Shown in pieces: positions 9,133 to 18,298 of a stretch of 58,680 nucleotides of DNA. Source of the stretch: a virus. Both the position numbers and the translations under genes were made by a program. The stretch covers positions 1 to 58,680 of IMG/VR virus record IMGVR_UViG_3300037243_000038; one strand, given 5' to 3'. Positions within the stretch are counted from its first letter, which is position 1. The number at the start of each line of letters is the position of its first letter. Under the pieces are notes generated by a model. It was given only the letters and a program-made list of their open reading frames with translations. It ran no database searches and was not told where the DNA came from.

Positions 9133-10085
9133 CAGTTCGCTCCTAACAGGACCGGCCCCGAGGTGCAGATGTCGGTGATGATGTCCGCGACATCGCAGTC
9201 GCCGTTCGGCCACAACGTGAACGCGCCCATGCACTCCAGATTGAGGTTGGGCACGGCGTTAGCCGCACCTAAGTCGAACTGCACCGATGCGACGCCGCTG
9301 CAGAAGCTATTTGTGATCTGCTGCGCTGGATGATTCACGTATTCCGAACCGGATCCGCACGCGAATTCCATCTCCATATTGAGCAATGCAAGAGGCGTCA
9401 CGGTGGAGCTGTAAAACCGCCCGTTGGCCTTCACAATCTGCGGAGTTGCGTACCAGACGGTTACCGGAAGCCCATTTAGCGCAGCCGGTACGGTGATGCC
9501 GGTCGCCCCGTTCCAAGTAAATGTGTAGGGGTCGCGCGCGTTGAACGCCACGGTCGGATTGATGTTGCCAGGAACCGCGAAGGCCGAATTCCATAGGGGG
9601 CGATTCCACGTCGAGTTAATCGTTTCCGTGCCGTTGCCGCCGAAGTCGTTAAATGTCGCGGTGAATGCTTCGCTTACAGTCACGGCAACAACCGCAGCAA
9701 CTATTCCACCCGAAGCCACGGGAATCTCGAAACTCTCGGCAGCGATAACGCCCGTCGCGCTGACAATCGGGCAGGCGAACTTCTGGTTGTTGTAGTAGGC
9801 AGCAAGCACGCCAATGATCGGAGCGTGGCCGAGCACCATATCTATGGCGGCCGAGTAGTAGGAGGTGCTTCCCTTCTTGCCCGACTTCTTCGCCCCGCCG
9901 CCCGTGACATTCAATAAATCAGGGTTCGAGGAATGCGATGAAACTACCCAGTCGTTGTACCAGATCAGATCGGGCGACACGAGGCACAAGCCGTACACCA
10001 GCTTAATAGCTTTGCCGTAGACGCCGGTGCTGATATGTATCCCATTCGGAGCCTGCTGTCCTGAAGTTAAGCCGCCTTTGATCAC
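9132..10085 (-). CDS. Tail tip protein (hypothetical)
   Basis: Trimmed to GTG 10085 (GTGA overlap with the NlpC/P60 stop). The upstream part of the track ORF is out-of-frame-looking Ser/Arg/His sequence. Confidence 0.5.
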   Translation of the reverse strand: MIKGGLTSGQQAPNGIHISTGVYGKAIKLVYGLCLVSPDLIWYNDWVVSSHSSNPDLLNVTGGGAKKSGKKGSTSYYSAAIDMVLGHAPIIGVLAAYYNNQKFACPIVSATGVIAAESFEIPVASGGIVAAVVAVTVSEAFTATFNDFGGNGTETINSTWNRPLWNSAFAVPGNINPTVAFNARDPYTFTWNGATGITVPAALNGLPVTVWYATPQIVKANGRFYSSTVTPLALLNMEMEFACGSGSEYVNHPAQQITNSFCSGVASVQFDLGAANAVPNLNLECMGAFTLWPNGDCDVADIITDICTSGPVLLGAN

Positions 10086-10771
10086 TGCTTGACTCCTGCA
10101 AGTGGAATGCTCGCTACGGGCGTTGGTGCTGCTGTGGCAACTGCGACAGGGGCGGTGGGCGTGAGCGCCGGGGCTGCTGGAATCGGCGTCACTGGCACCG
10201 GAGCTGCTACCGCAGCCGGAACCGGCACCATGAATGGGTTGAAAAACTTGAGAGCTTTGCCGACGAAGGCCGGAAACCGCAATGGGTTCGAGGTCATGGC
10301 GCACGGGGGGAAGCAATGTATGACTTCCGGAACTGGCCCCCAATGCACCACGATGGCGCCATGCGAGAACACCTTCGCACCGATGGCTACATCCTTGACG
10401 ATGATGATGTCACCCGGTTGCGGAGTTCGACTGGCAAGGGTGAACTCGGTAGCAAATTTCTGCAGCTCAGTGAGGTAGAACTCTTTCGTGGTGTGGATGA
10501 ACCAATCGGCTGCAAGTGTGGGAATGTCTGCCTGAAATAGCCCGATGGAACGATAGCAAGCCGCAATGAACGTGCTGCAATCCACCGCAACGCCCTTGCA
10601 GCACTGGCCGTGCGCGAATTTAGATCCGCGCCACGACAACGCTTCAGCGACAACCGCCGCGCGTCTCGCGGCTTCGGTTGGGACGATCGGCACTGCGACT
10701 ACGGGAGTCGTGGCTACCGGAGCCGGAATTTTCGGCGCAGCTATTGGAGTTGCTACGGATACGGTGCTCAT
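10082..10771 (-). CDS. NlpC/P60-family cell-wall peptidase (tail-associated)
   Basis: ATG 10771 in an ATGA overlap. WRGSKFAHGQCCKGVAVDCSTFIAACY (catalytic Cys context) and a later HGAIV His motif. Confidence 0.8.
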   Translation of the reverse strand: MSTVSVATPIAAPKIPAPVATTPVVAVPIVPTEAARRAAVVAEALSWRGSKFAHGQCCKGVAVDCSTFIAACYRSIGLFQADIPTLAADWFIHTTKEFYLTELQKFATEFTLASRTPQPGDIIIVKDVAIGAKVFSHGAIVVHWGPVPEVIHCFPPCAMTSNPLRFPAFVGKALKFFNPFMVPVPAAVAAPVPVTPIPAAPALTPTAPVAVATAAPTPVASIPLAGVKQ

Positions 10772-11970
10772 ACGGTCACACTCGAATTCTGGGGCACAGG
10801 GACATATGGAAATCCGAGAAACTGCGCGGTTGATCCCATTCCCGGCTCGTTTTGTGGAGGCTGGACATTGGTGGAAGCGCCGGGGAAGGTCACGGTTCCG
10901 TTTGGTGCTACTACTGGCCAGTTGTCGTTCCAATCACTCTCAACTCCACCAGCGGTGCGGAAGTACACGTCGTTCAGCCCATCGTGGTAGATAAATGAGT
11001 ATGTTCGGATATTGTTCGACGATGGATTGCCGGTAAGCGTCGAGCCGTTGAGCTGCCACGTCCAGTTGCTTCCCGGTTCGGACTGCACCGCAGGGAACAC
11101 TTCGTTGAACGGTACCAGGCTGTATCCTGCCGCAACCGGAATCAAGGCGTTCATGCTGTCGCCAGCAGTCGGCGCGAAAGGCAGAGGCTGGCTTAGGTAG
11201 AACGCGTGATGCCCGCTCTCGATGGTCTGCATGCGGATTCCGCCATAGCTACCACCGAGTTGCGCACCCGTCCCGATCACGATGTAGCCCATGTCGTAAG
11301 TGTCATTGGCTGCGACGTAGCCTGCAGGCGTAGTAGTCGGATCGGCGAGAATTTTTGATGCCGTGCTGCCCGCCAGAATCGTAAACGCGGGCGGCCCGTC
11401 CAAAGGCAGAACGCCAACCGAATACTGCGTGAGGATGTTCCCCGGCTCAATCAGATTAGTGGGCACCTGGACGTTCAGCGTCTCCATCCGGCTGAGCACC
11501 GTGAACTTAGTGATCATCCGGTCCAGCGCCAGATTGGTAATGCGACCGGAGAACATCAAGCACGCCCCGAGCGAATTGCAGTCACCAGGAGTCGGCATGA
11601 TGCAGCGCCAGATTTCTACCGTGCCATTATCGAAGCAGCCAGCAAAGAAACCCTGCAGCACGCTGAGATTCGAGGCCAAAACATCGCTGCTGCGAGTGCC
11701 CCATTGCACATCCACGCTAGCGGCATCCAGACCGATCTTCGACTCTACGGCATCGCGTGATATGTCGGCGGGTACGAAGGTGCTCGCGCCCCACATCAGC
11801 GGCGAGGGGTAGTCGGTCAACAGGAAGGTCTGCCCGAGGAACTCGCCCGCATAGCATGGCGAGGTACTGATGAGGTAGAGGTCGGCAAAGGTCAACTCGC
11901 GGTGCACGGCCAGGTAAGCCAGCACCGCCGCCGTCGAATCCTCGCCCGCCCCGTTTAGAAATGTTCTCAC
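10768..11970 (-). CDS. Tail hub protein (resembles the DUF2163/BR0599-type RcGTA g13 class)
   Basis: GTG 11970 in a GTGA overlap. Sits between the distal tail protein and NlpC/P60. FLLTDYPSPLMWG..STFVPADISRDAVESKIGLDA resembles that class. Confidence 0.45.
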   Translation of the reverse strand: MRTFLNGAGEDSTAAVLAYLAVHRELTFADLYLISTSPCYAGEFLGQTFLLTDYPSPLMWGASTFVPADISRDAVESKIGLDAASVDVQWGTRSSDVLASNLSVLQGFFAGCFDNGTVEIWRCIMPTPGDCNSLGACLMFSGRITNLALDRMITKFTVLSRMETLNVQVPTNLIEPGNILTQYSVGVLPLDGPPAFTILAGSTASKILADPTTTPAGYVAANDTYDMGYIVIGTGAQLGGSYGGIRMQTIESGHHAFYLSQPLPFAPTAGDSMNALIPVAAGYSLVPFNEVFPAVQSEPGSNWTWQLNGSTLTGNPSSNNIRTYSFIYHDGLNDVYFRTAGGVESDWNDNWPVVAPNGTVTFPGASTNVQPPQNEPGMGSTAQFLGFPYVPVPQNSSVTV

Positions 11971-12635
11971 TGTATCGTCCTCGTCGTCACGAACTGGACC
12001 TGCTTGCAATCCCATAACAGCCATGCAAAGGTGGTGAATTCCTGCTTTGACTGCTCGAATTTCACCCGGTAAAGCCACGAGAAGTTCGCCGTCACCGCGC
12101 CTACCGGAGCGGCTAGAAATTGCACCACGAGCCCTGGATAAGTGACGCCCGAAGCGGCCACGCCCGGCCCGATGATGTTGTAGTTGGTTCCGGCAACCTG
12201 CGTGACTCCGGCAACCTGAATAACCGGTGCGGTCCCAGGATCTCCATTCACGCCCGCCGCCTCGTAGATGTTTTCGTTGAGGAACGGACGGCTCACTACA
12301 AGAGGAGCGTAGTTGTTGCCATCGACGGTCAGCGCCTGCCCAGTTGCAGTTCCGTCTGCAGGATTCTGTGTCAGCGTTGGCAGAGAGAGCAGGAAGCTGT
12401 GCGTCTTGCCATTGCAGAACTCAAAGAAATTCTGAATGGTCCGGCGCTCATTGAAGCCCGAAGACTCCCGCAGAACGTCGAAGCTGCACTCGAAGTGATA
12501 GATCGGGTCTGGTCCGAGGGAGACTTCGGTATCAAATCCCGGAGTCGCTGACTTGTGCTCTAATCCGAAGAATTCCGGCGCGAGCTTCACATCCCAGGTG
12601 ATGCCGCGCAGGGTCGGCCAAAGAGTGTTGCTCAA
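11967..12635 (-). CDS. Distal tail protein candidate
   Basis: 222 aa. TTG start in a TTGA overlap with the tape-measure stop. Assigned by position. Confidence 0.45.
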   Translation of the reverse strand: MSNTLWPTLRGITWDVKLAPEFFGLEHKSATPGFDTEVSLGPDPIYHFECSFDVLRESSGFNERRTIQNFFEFCNGKTHSFLLSLPTLTQNPADGTATGQALTVDGNNYAPLVVSRPFLNENIYEAAGVNGDPGTAPVIQVAGVTQVAGTNYNIIGPGVAASGVTYPGLVVQFLAAPVGAVTANFSWLYRVKFEQSKQEFTTFAWLLWDCKQVQFVTTRTIQ

Positions 12636-15127
12636 CGCCTCACACCGCTGCTCCGCTGATAGCGCAGCATCTTGGCGAAGACCTGATCGGAAACCGCTTT
12701 CGGATCGTTGGAATTGTGGAAATGGTTAGTCATGCTCATACTCCCACCCTTGGTATTGGTGGTGCGGTTGTTGACCATGCTGTCGAACTTCTGGGTTTGG
12801 CCGGTAGTCAGGATGCGCTCACCCGCGTGGGCGATGATGGGGACCGAGGAGCCGTAACGTAAACCTTGGCCAGCAATTCCGCCGTTCTCGAACGCAGCCA
12901 ACCCGGCGAAGGCCATGCCTTCCTCATAAGCAGCCATTGCCATTTCCATCGCAATTGGAGGGTCGATCGCTGAGTAGAATGCAAAGGTGCCAGCGGCGGC
13001 CAATCCGGCATCTCCGGTAGCCATCACGACATTGCTGGCAGCTTGATCCGCTGCCCGCTTTTGCGTTGCCGCTGCTTTATCGTCCGACGAATCGGAGGCG
13101 TGGAAGACCTTGCTGGCAATCGCCATCAGGATATGTTCCTGAATCCACTTTTCGCCCATCCGCTCAACGCTCTGGATAAACGCCATCTCCATGCTTTTGG
13201 CGCTTTGTATCATGGCTGCGCTCAACTTCTTGGAGCCGTCAATCCAGCCATTGAATCCGGTTGCGGCGGAACTAGTGATGATCTTCGCGGCCTGCTGATA
13301 GGGGGCGGCGATCTGCTGCGCTACCTTGCTCTGATCACCAGTTGCGCTTACGTTGCCCGCGCCCTTCTCTTGATCAATCTGATTCTGTTTCTTCTGACCT
13401 TCTAGTTTCATCTGATCAGAGGACGTATACGGGTTCTGGTAAATCGCGAGCATCTCGGCATCGAGCGCTTCGAGTTTGGTCCGATGCTCTTCCGCGTGAA
13501 TCGCAGCCTCTGCCTGGGCTGCCCCGAGCGCAGAGATGCGCCCCGAAGCTAACTCCGACTGCACGCTCTGGAGTTTTAAGTCTTCCGTGGCCTTGGTGCG
13601 GATCTCTTCCCCCGCTGCGACGGTCTCCTGGTATTTCTGCTCAATTTCGGCGGATTTCTGGGCGACCTCATCCTTCTTCTTTTGAGCTTCCAGCGCGTCT
13701 ATTTCCGAGGTAGATTTCTTCTTTGCGGCTTCTTCGCCGACTTTGCCCGCTTCTTCGACACCGTGCTTGTAGGTTTCGAGAACTTTATTAATGTTGGCTA
13801 GCTCGGCACCTTTGGGCATCGAGGTTAGAGAATCGGCCATTGCCTTCATGCCATTGTTCGAAAGCTCAAGCTTCAACCGGGAGAGTTCGTTTTCCTTCTC
13901 CTTGAGTCTGTCTGCGGCTTCCTTCGCGCGCTTGGCTTCCTCTGTGGCGCGCTTGGCGTTCTCGGCATTTTCCTTGGCTTGCTCATCTTTACCGAGATGG
14001 GATTGCAGCGTTTCGGTGGTCTGCGAGCCTTGCATTCCGGTAACCGCCGCGCCCATCTCACCCTGAATGCCACGGAACGCCGCAATACGAGCACCGAACC
14101 CGCCATATTCGCCGAGAGCAGCTTTCTGTCTGGCGGGGTCTGATCCGACAGATTTGCGCACTTCCGCTTCTGTTTCGTCCGCGAGTCGCTTGCCTTCGTC
14201 GCGTCCTTTTATCGCAATGCGAAGCTGTTCCGCGGTGAATGCAGTTTGAGCTTTAAGAATTGCATCCTGTTGCGCTTTTCCTGTGAGCGTAGAGGCCTGG
14301 GACATGGCCCATGTTTTCTGACCCTCCGCTTTGTTTTGCTGTGCCTGTAGGTCCTTCACGAGGTCTTCTGCAGGCCCGGTCGTGGCTAGCCCGAGCACCG
14401 CCCCTTTGGCGGCGCCAATTGTTTGATCTTTCAGGAGTTTGTTGGAGACTTCTAACGCCGAACGCAGATGATCTGCCAACTTATCAGCAGCTACGGCTGT
14501 TTCCGCCAACGCCACGGCTAGCCCGTTATTCGGCTTCTTTTCAATCTTGTCTATCTGTTGTTGAAGTTTGGCGTTTGTGACTTCGATCTGATCGTTTGAC
14601 TCAGTTTCTTTGCGGGAGAGATCGTCAAATCCTTCCCCAATCTTTGTTGCTGCTTCGAACCCTTTTTCTCCCCACTCATAGGCTTCTTTTCCCGCCTTGA
14701 TGATGATGTCCACAAATCCAACCGCCGCGAGTAAGGGGAACATCGCAGCCAGTGCAGGTCCGAGTACCGCCGACTGGGCCAGCGTGCCGCGCAGGGCGCG
14801 CGGAATCTCCACCCCGGTTTCCATGCCGAACAAGTGTGCCGCGTGGGTTGCTTCGCGGGTCTGTGCTGCGAGTTCGTGCTTGGCTTCCGCTTCAGCCTTG
14901 GTGGCGGCCTTCGCTGCTGCGGATGCGGCAACCTCTTCGGTGTGTGCAGTTACGGCAGCGGTGGCGGAAGCAATTACCTCAGCGTTTGCAGTGGCCACAC
15001 CCTGCAGGGATTCGGCCATCTCCACCGAACTCGCAGTCACGGCAGCAGACGACTCCTTAATCCCAATGTTTAGGCTGGAGCCGTCGTACTCGGTGCGGAT
15101 GGAAAGTACAGCAGCGTCGTCAGCCAT
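12632..15127 (-). CDS. Tail tape measure protein
   Basis: 831 aa, long Ala/Glu/Lys-rich helical protein. AAGGAG RBS. Located between the chaperones and the distal tail genes. Confidence 0.85.
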   Translation of the reverse strand: MADDAAVLSIRTEYDGSSLNIGIKESSAAVTASSVEMAESLQGVATANAEVIASATAAVTAHTEEVAASAAAKAATKAEAEAKHELAAQTREATHAAHLFGMETGVEIPRALRGTLAQSAVLGPALAAMFPLLAAVGFVDIIIKAGKEAYEWGEKGFEAATKIGEGFDDLSRKETESNDQIEVTNAKLQQQIDKIEKKPNNGLAVALAETAVAADKLADHLRSALEVSNKLLKDQTIGAAKGAVLGLATTGPAEDLVKDLQAQQNKAEGQKTWAMSQASTLTGKAQQDAILKAQTAFTAEQLRIAIKGRDEGKRLADETEAEVRKSVGSDPARQKAALGEYGGFGARIAAFRGIQGEMGAAVTGMQGSQTTETLQSHLGKDEQAKENAENAKRATEEAKRAKEAADRLKEKENELSRLKLELSNNGMKAMADSLTSMPKGAELANINKVLETYKHGVEEAGKVGEEAAKKKSTSEIDALEAQKKKDEVAQKSAEIEQKYQETVAAGEEIRTKATEDLKLQSVQSELASGRISALGAAQAEAAIHAEEHRTKLEALDAEMLAIYQNPYTSSDQMKLEGQKKQNQIDQEKGAGNVSATGDQSKVAQQIAAPYQQAAKIITSSAATGFNGWIDGSKKLSAAMIQSAKSMEMAFIQSVERMGEKWIQEHILMAIASKVFHASDSSDDKAAATQKRAADQAASNVVMATGDAGLAAAGTFAFYSAIDPPIAMEMAMAAYEEGMAFAGLAAFENGGIAGQGLRYGSSVPIIAHAGERILTTGQTQKFDSMVNNRTTNTKGGSMSMTNHFHNSNDPKAVSDQVFAKMLRYQRSSGVRR

Positions 15128-15152
15128 GGAATCTCCTTATAAATGGCAATAG

Positions 15153-15174
15153 AAAAGCCCCGCTGAGGCGAGGC
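15153..15174 (-). terminator. Rho-independent terminator after the lipoprotein moron
   Basis: Minus-strand RNA: GCCUCGC-CUCA-GCGGGGC followed by UUUUCUAU. Confidence 0.7.
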
Positions 15175-15199
15175 CGTGTCACTGGGTTGAGCAACTACA

Positions 15200-15832
15200 C
15201 TATCGAGCTGTGCGATCTACTGGCTGCTTCGCAAACCAGCTTGTATATTTATCTGAAGTCTTGAACTTGTCGCATACACTCTGGTCAAACTTGCCCTTAT
15301 CGCAGTAATCCAGCATGGAACGAACTTCTACATCTAGACCGTCTCCGTCATCTTCCGCATGTGCCTCTGTGGCTAATTTGGCATAAGCCGAAGGGAGGCA
15401 ATCGTCAAACTGATCTGGCGACATCGTGCCGGATCTGATGATGGATTCTGCTTTATTTCTACATTGTCGATAGAGAGTGTCGTATAACCTAAGCTCTTTC
15501 GAGCGCGAGTAGTTGCGAGAATGGGACAGCGCGAGAGTAGAGTCTTCTAGTGATCGAACAGATTCCAACGCCACCTCGAAAAAATACAAGTCGTCTCCGC
15601 TTGCATCAATCTTAATGCTGGTTTTCTCGTCACTTAGAAACTTCGCGTACAACTGCGAGTCGTCGCTATTCTGCATGACATGCTCAACAAGGTCGAGATA
15701 ATGCGTTCCTGCGTGGCGCATCCAGCCTGACAGTACGATTGGCTTTGGGGTGGGTGTTTTCTTGGCGTGAGGTATCTGCCCCACAGCACACCCGCACAGC
15801 AGCACCATTCCGACAATAAGAATCCGTTTCAC
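15200..15832 (-). CDS. Lipoprotein (moron; superinfection-exclusion candidate)
   Basis: GGAGGG RBS 6 nt before GTG 15832. VKRILIVGMVLLCGC-AVGQ is a signal peptide with a lipobox-like LCGC. The upstream part of the 304-aa track ORF overlaps the chaperone T frame. Confidence 0.65.
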   Translation of the reverse strand: MKRILIVGMVLLCGCAVGQIPHAKKTPTPKPIVLSGWMRHAGTHYLDLVEHVMQNSDDSQLYAKFLSDEKTSIKIDASGDDLYFFEVALESVRSLEDSTLALSHSRNYSRSKELRLYDTLYRQCRNKAESIIRSGTMSPDQFDDCLPSAYAKLATEAHAEDDGDGLDVEVRSMLDYCDKGKFDQSVCDKFKTSDKYTSWFAKQPVDRTAR

Positions 15833-15854
15833 GTTCGACCCTCCAGGGGATTGC

Positions 15855-15883
15855 AGCATATCCCCCAGAGAAGCAGAGTACAA
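15855..15883 (-). promoter_or_regulatory. Candidate sigma70-type promoter for the lipoprotein gene
   Basis: Minus strand TTGTAC-17 nt-TATGCT, ending about 20 nt upstream of the GTG start. Modest match to consensus. Confidence 0.35.
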
Positions 15884-15893
15884 GGAAAAACCC

Positions 15894-16480
15894 CTACGCC
15901 TTGCCTTTCGCCATCGCATCCTGGATGAACTTTGGCAGGGTATCGAACTGCTTTGCGGGCGTCCGCGCAAGATACGAGGCTTCGAATTGGCTTGGTTCGG
16001 GTGCTTCCTGCTCACCAAACCCAAGGTAGGCCGCCACCAGCTCATGCACGGGCGGGTTAGTTTTGTTCCAGTAGCCACAAAGCTCCATGGCATTCGCGAA
16101 AAGCAGGTTGTCAACGTAGTCGAAGGTCCAGCCGGTCGTTGTAATCAGGCGGCCATAAAGCGCTGGCCAATCTATACCGCCTTCGCTTCCCCCGCCTTGG
16201 CAATGGTCATCTGGTTGATCTCGGAAAGCGATCGGTTGAGGTCGTACATGTCGCCAAAGCTGATCAAGTCGAGCAGCGAGTCGGCGGTAACGACATGGGA
16301 CGCGTCGGCCTTGTTCATGGATAGCGCAATGCCGCACAAGCTCGCGTCAATTTGGGCCTGGCCGTCGGCAGAGTCGGATGCGGCCTTGAGCTTGTCATCG
16401 ATGGTGCGAGCTTCGCGCACGGTGAGCTGCGAGAGTGAGACGGTGTTTCCGCTGGCGAGAGTGATGCTTTTCGTAAACAT
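15894..16480 (-). CDS. Tail assembly chaperone GT-like product by programmed -1 frameshift
   Basis: ORF 15894..16337 is in the -1 frame relative to G and has no credible own start. A G5 run (16189..16193, GCG GGG GAA) lies 5 codons before the G stop. The T part (IDWPALYGRL..GWTFDYV) resembles the RcGTA g10.1 class. Confidence 0.55.
16172..16480 (-). CDS. Tail assembly chaperone (G-like)
   Basis: 102 aa directly after the major tail gene. An overlapping -1 frame ORF continues downstream. Confidence 0.7.
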   Translation of the reverse strand: MFTKSITLASGNTVSLSQLTVREARTIDDKLKAASDSADGQAQIDASLCGIALSMNKADASHVVTADSLLDLISFGDMYDLNRSLSEINQMTIAKAGEAKAV

Positions 16481-16499
16481 AAATGCTCCTGAAAGAGTA

Positions 16500-16522
16500 C
16501 GGGCCGCCGCTGGGACGGCCCG
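16500..16522 (-). terminator. GC-rich stem-loop between major tail and chaperone genes (attenuator candidate)
   Basis: CGGGCCG-9 nt-CGGCCCG. On the minus RNA it is followed by UACUCUUUC. Confidence 0.45.
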
Positions 16523-16542
16523 ATTGGCGTTACGACATTCGC

Positions 16543-17295
16543 TTACTGCGCGACCTGGACTTCTTCGAAGACGAGCCCTGCGCTATTGGCAAAGGCCTCA
16601 TAGTCTACTTCTACGACCATATAATCAGCGCGTTTCAGTGGACGGGACTGCTTGCCGAACCGAATGGCGGGAAGATGCCAGCCGTTCGCGCCCTGGTAGC
16701 TGGGGAACATGTAGAACTCGCAGATTGGGCCGTAGCCAATAAGCTGATTGTTAATCTGAGCCGTACTGCCGGCCAATGCATTGGTCCAGAGATAATTGAT
16801 GATGATCTGCTTTCCTTCGTCAGCAGCAGCGAAGGTATAGATACCAGCGGCCACGGCATACTGTCCAACAGTCGGGAGGCCGGTTACAAGCGTGAGGGGG
16901 ACGGGAGATCCGCCCACACCAGCGCCCACGTAAACCACGGTAAGCGGCTTCAAGAACGTGGCCGAGTTCGTAACCGTGACGGTGAACGGGGTAGTTGCGG
17001 GAACTGCGGAGGTCTGGGTGGCGAACGCGAATCCGCCGACTGCGGTAACGTCGGCGTTCATGAGGTTATTAAACAGCGCAATCTCGGACTGCAGAAATGT
17101 AATCTTGCCCGTCGCTTTGCCGTCCACCGGCGCGGAATCGATCGGAAAGAGGTACTGGCCGGATGCCGTCTTGATGGTCTTGCCGAGTTCGAGCGAGATG
17201 TCCTGAATCGCCTGAAATTCCTGCGGCGTCGGATTGGCCGCCATGTTCCCGCCGACCGGGATTGCAAACGCTCTGCCTGTGCCTAGCTGTAACAT
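16543..17295 (-). CDS. Major tail protein
   Basis: 250 aa. Sits between the tail terminator-like gene and the chaperones. Followed by a stem-loop, as expected for a highly expressed structural gene. Confidence 0.7.
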   Translation of the reverse strand: MLQLGTGRAFAIPVGGNMAANPTPQEFQAIQDISLELGKTIKTASGQYLFPIDSAPVDGKATGKITFLQSEIALFNNLMNADVTAVGGFAFATQTSAVPATTPFTVTVTNSATFLKPLTVVYVGAGVGGSPVPLTLVTGLPTVGQYAVAAGIYTFAAADEGKQIIINYLWTNALAGSTAQINNQLIGYGPICEFYMFPSYQGANGWHLPAIRFGKQSRPLKRADYMVVEVDYEAFANSAGLVFEEVQVAQ

Positions 17296-17327
17296 GTGTG
17301 CTCCTTGCCGGATTCCGGCGTTAAAAC

Positions 17328-17771
17328 TCAGATTCCCGAGAGAACTGTGATTGGAATTTGTATGCCCGCCTGCCCGGTGATGATGGCCGGATTGACGAGC
17401 ACTTCGCCATCAATGAAACAGTTGACGACGAGCCCGCCGAGCGTGTTCTGGAGCGGGAAGGTTGCGAGTGACGCTTCGATATCGTCAATAAAGTCGTCGA
17501 TTGAATCGCCAAAGTTCCTGTCTTGCGGGCCGCGCTGAAAGTAGATCTGTATGGTGTAGTGGAGTTCCCACTTGGTTGCGCCAAAAGATCGATCCTGTGA
17601 CGCTCGCTGGTTATCGCAGAGCATCCCGAGATAAGGCTGCTGACCTGCTTCCAACTCGCTGTACATCGTGAGGCTACGCTCACTGAAAGCCCAATCTGCC
17701 GAGCCGGGTGGAGCAACGGCAGTGAGCAGATTGAAGACGGCCAGCGATACTTGCTTGCGGGGAACGTTCAT
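17328..17771 (-). CDS. Tail terminator / tail completion protein candidate
   Basis: 147 aa. ATGA overlap with the gp10-like gene. Assigned by position. Confidence 0.5.
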   Translation of the reverse strand: MNVPRKQVSLAVFNLLTAVAPPGSADWAFSERSLTMYSELEAGQQPYLGMLCDNQRASQDRSFGATKWELHYTIQIYFQRGPQDRNFGDSIDDFIDDIEASLATFPLQNTLGGLVVNCFIDGEVLVNPAIITGQAGIQIPITVLSGI

Positions 17772-18298
17772 TCGGCTAGCACTCCCATCAGGGTTTCGCG
17801 CAATCCAGCCACAATGTCATCTTGATTTTCTTCGAACGAAGAGCGCATGAAGCTACGCATCGGGAAGGTAACGGTGTGCGCTTTAACCATCCCGGTTTCC
17901 ACGAGGAATACTTTCTTCCGGACAGCCCCGCTCTTGGTGAGCAAGGCCATGCGCTCGCCTTCCTTATCGAATCCGGAGCGACGGTCGTGTTCTGGAACGT
18001 TGAAGGTGCCGCCGTACTCGTGCAGCGTTCCGTACCACGCCGTGCCGCCCGCGCCTTCGACGGCACCACTGATCACGTCGCCAGTAACTTCTGCGGGTAT
18101 GGCGCGAATACTGCCAGCCAGGCCTCTGCCACCGTGACGCTGCTGCAGTGGATCGCCTTCCAGCTTCTCGGTCACGATGTATTGCTGGAGTTGCAGGTTG
18201 GTGGCGTTCAGTTTGTCCCGCATTGCCTCGGTGATGCGGGAGAGTTTGCGCTCAAGTCCTGCGGTTACCTTTGAGGCATCGACGGTGATTTCAAGCAC
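17768..18298 (-). CDS. HK97 gp10-like head-tail joining protein
   Basis: N-terminal MLEITVDASKV..L..KL and a GGRGLAGSIR motif, typical of the gp10 family. Confidence 0.65.
   Translation of the reverse strand: MLEITVDASKVTAGLERKLSRITEAMRDKLNATNLQLQQYIVTEKLEGDPLQQRHGGRGLAGSIRAIPAEVTGDVISGAVEGAGGTAWYGTLHEYGGTFNVPEHDRRSGFDKEGERMALLTKSGAVRKKVFLVETGMVKAHTVTFPMRSFMRSSFEENQDDIVAGLRETLMGVLAE

Noticed and set aside
15894-16337. Independent 147-aa gene starting at the track ATG 16337
   Set aside because: The N-terminal 50 aa (MRHCAIHEQGRRVPCRYRRLAARL...) are an out-of-frame reading of the G chaperone. There is no RBS. The frame relationship (-1) and position fit a GT frameshift product.
16483-17286. 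267-aa plus-strand ORF
   Set aside because: It is entirely antisense to the major tail protein gene. It is Arg/Gly-rich and has no RBS.
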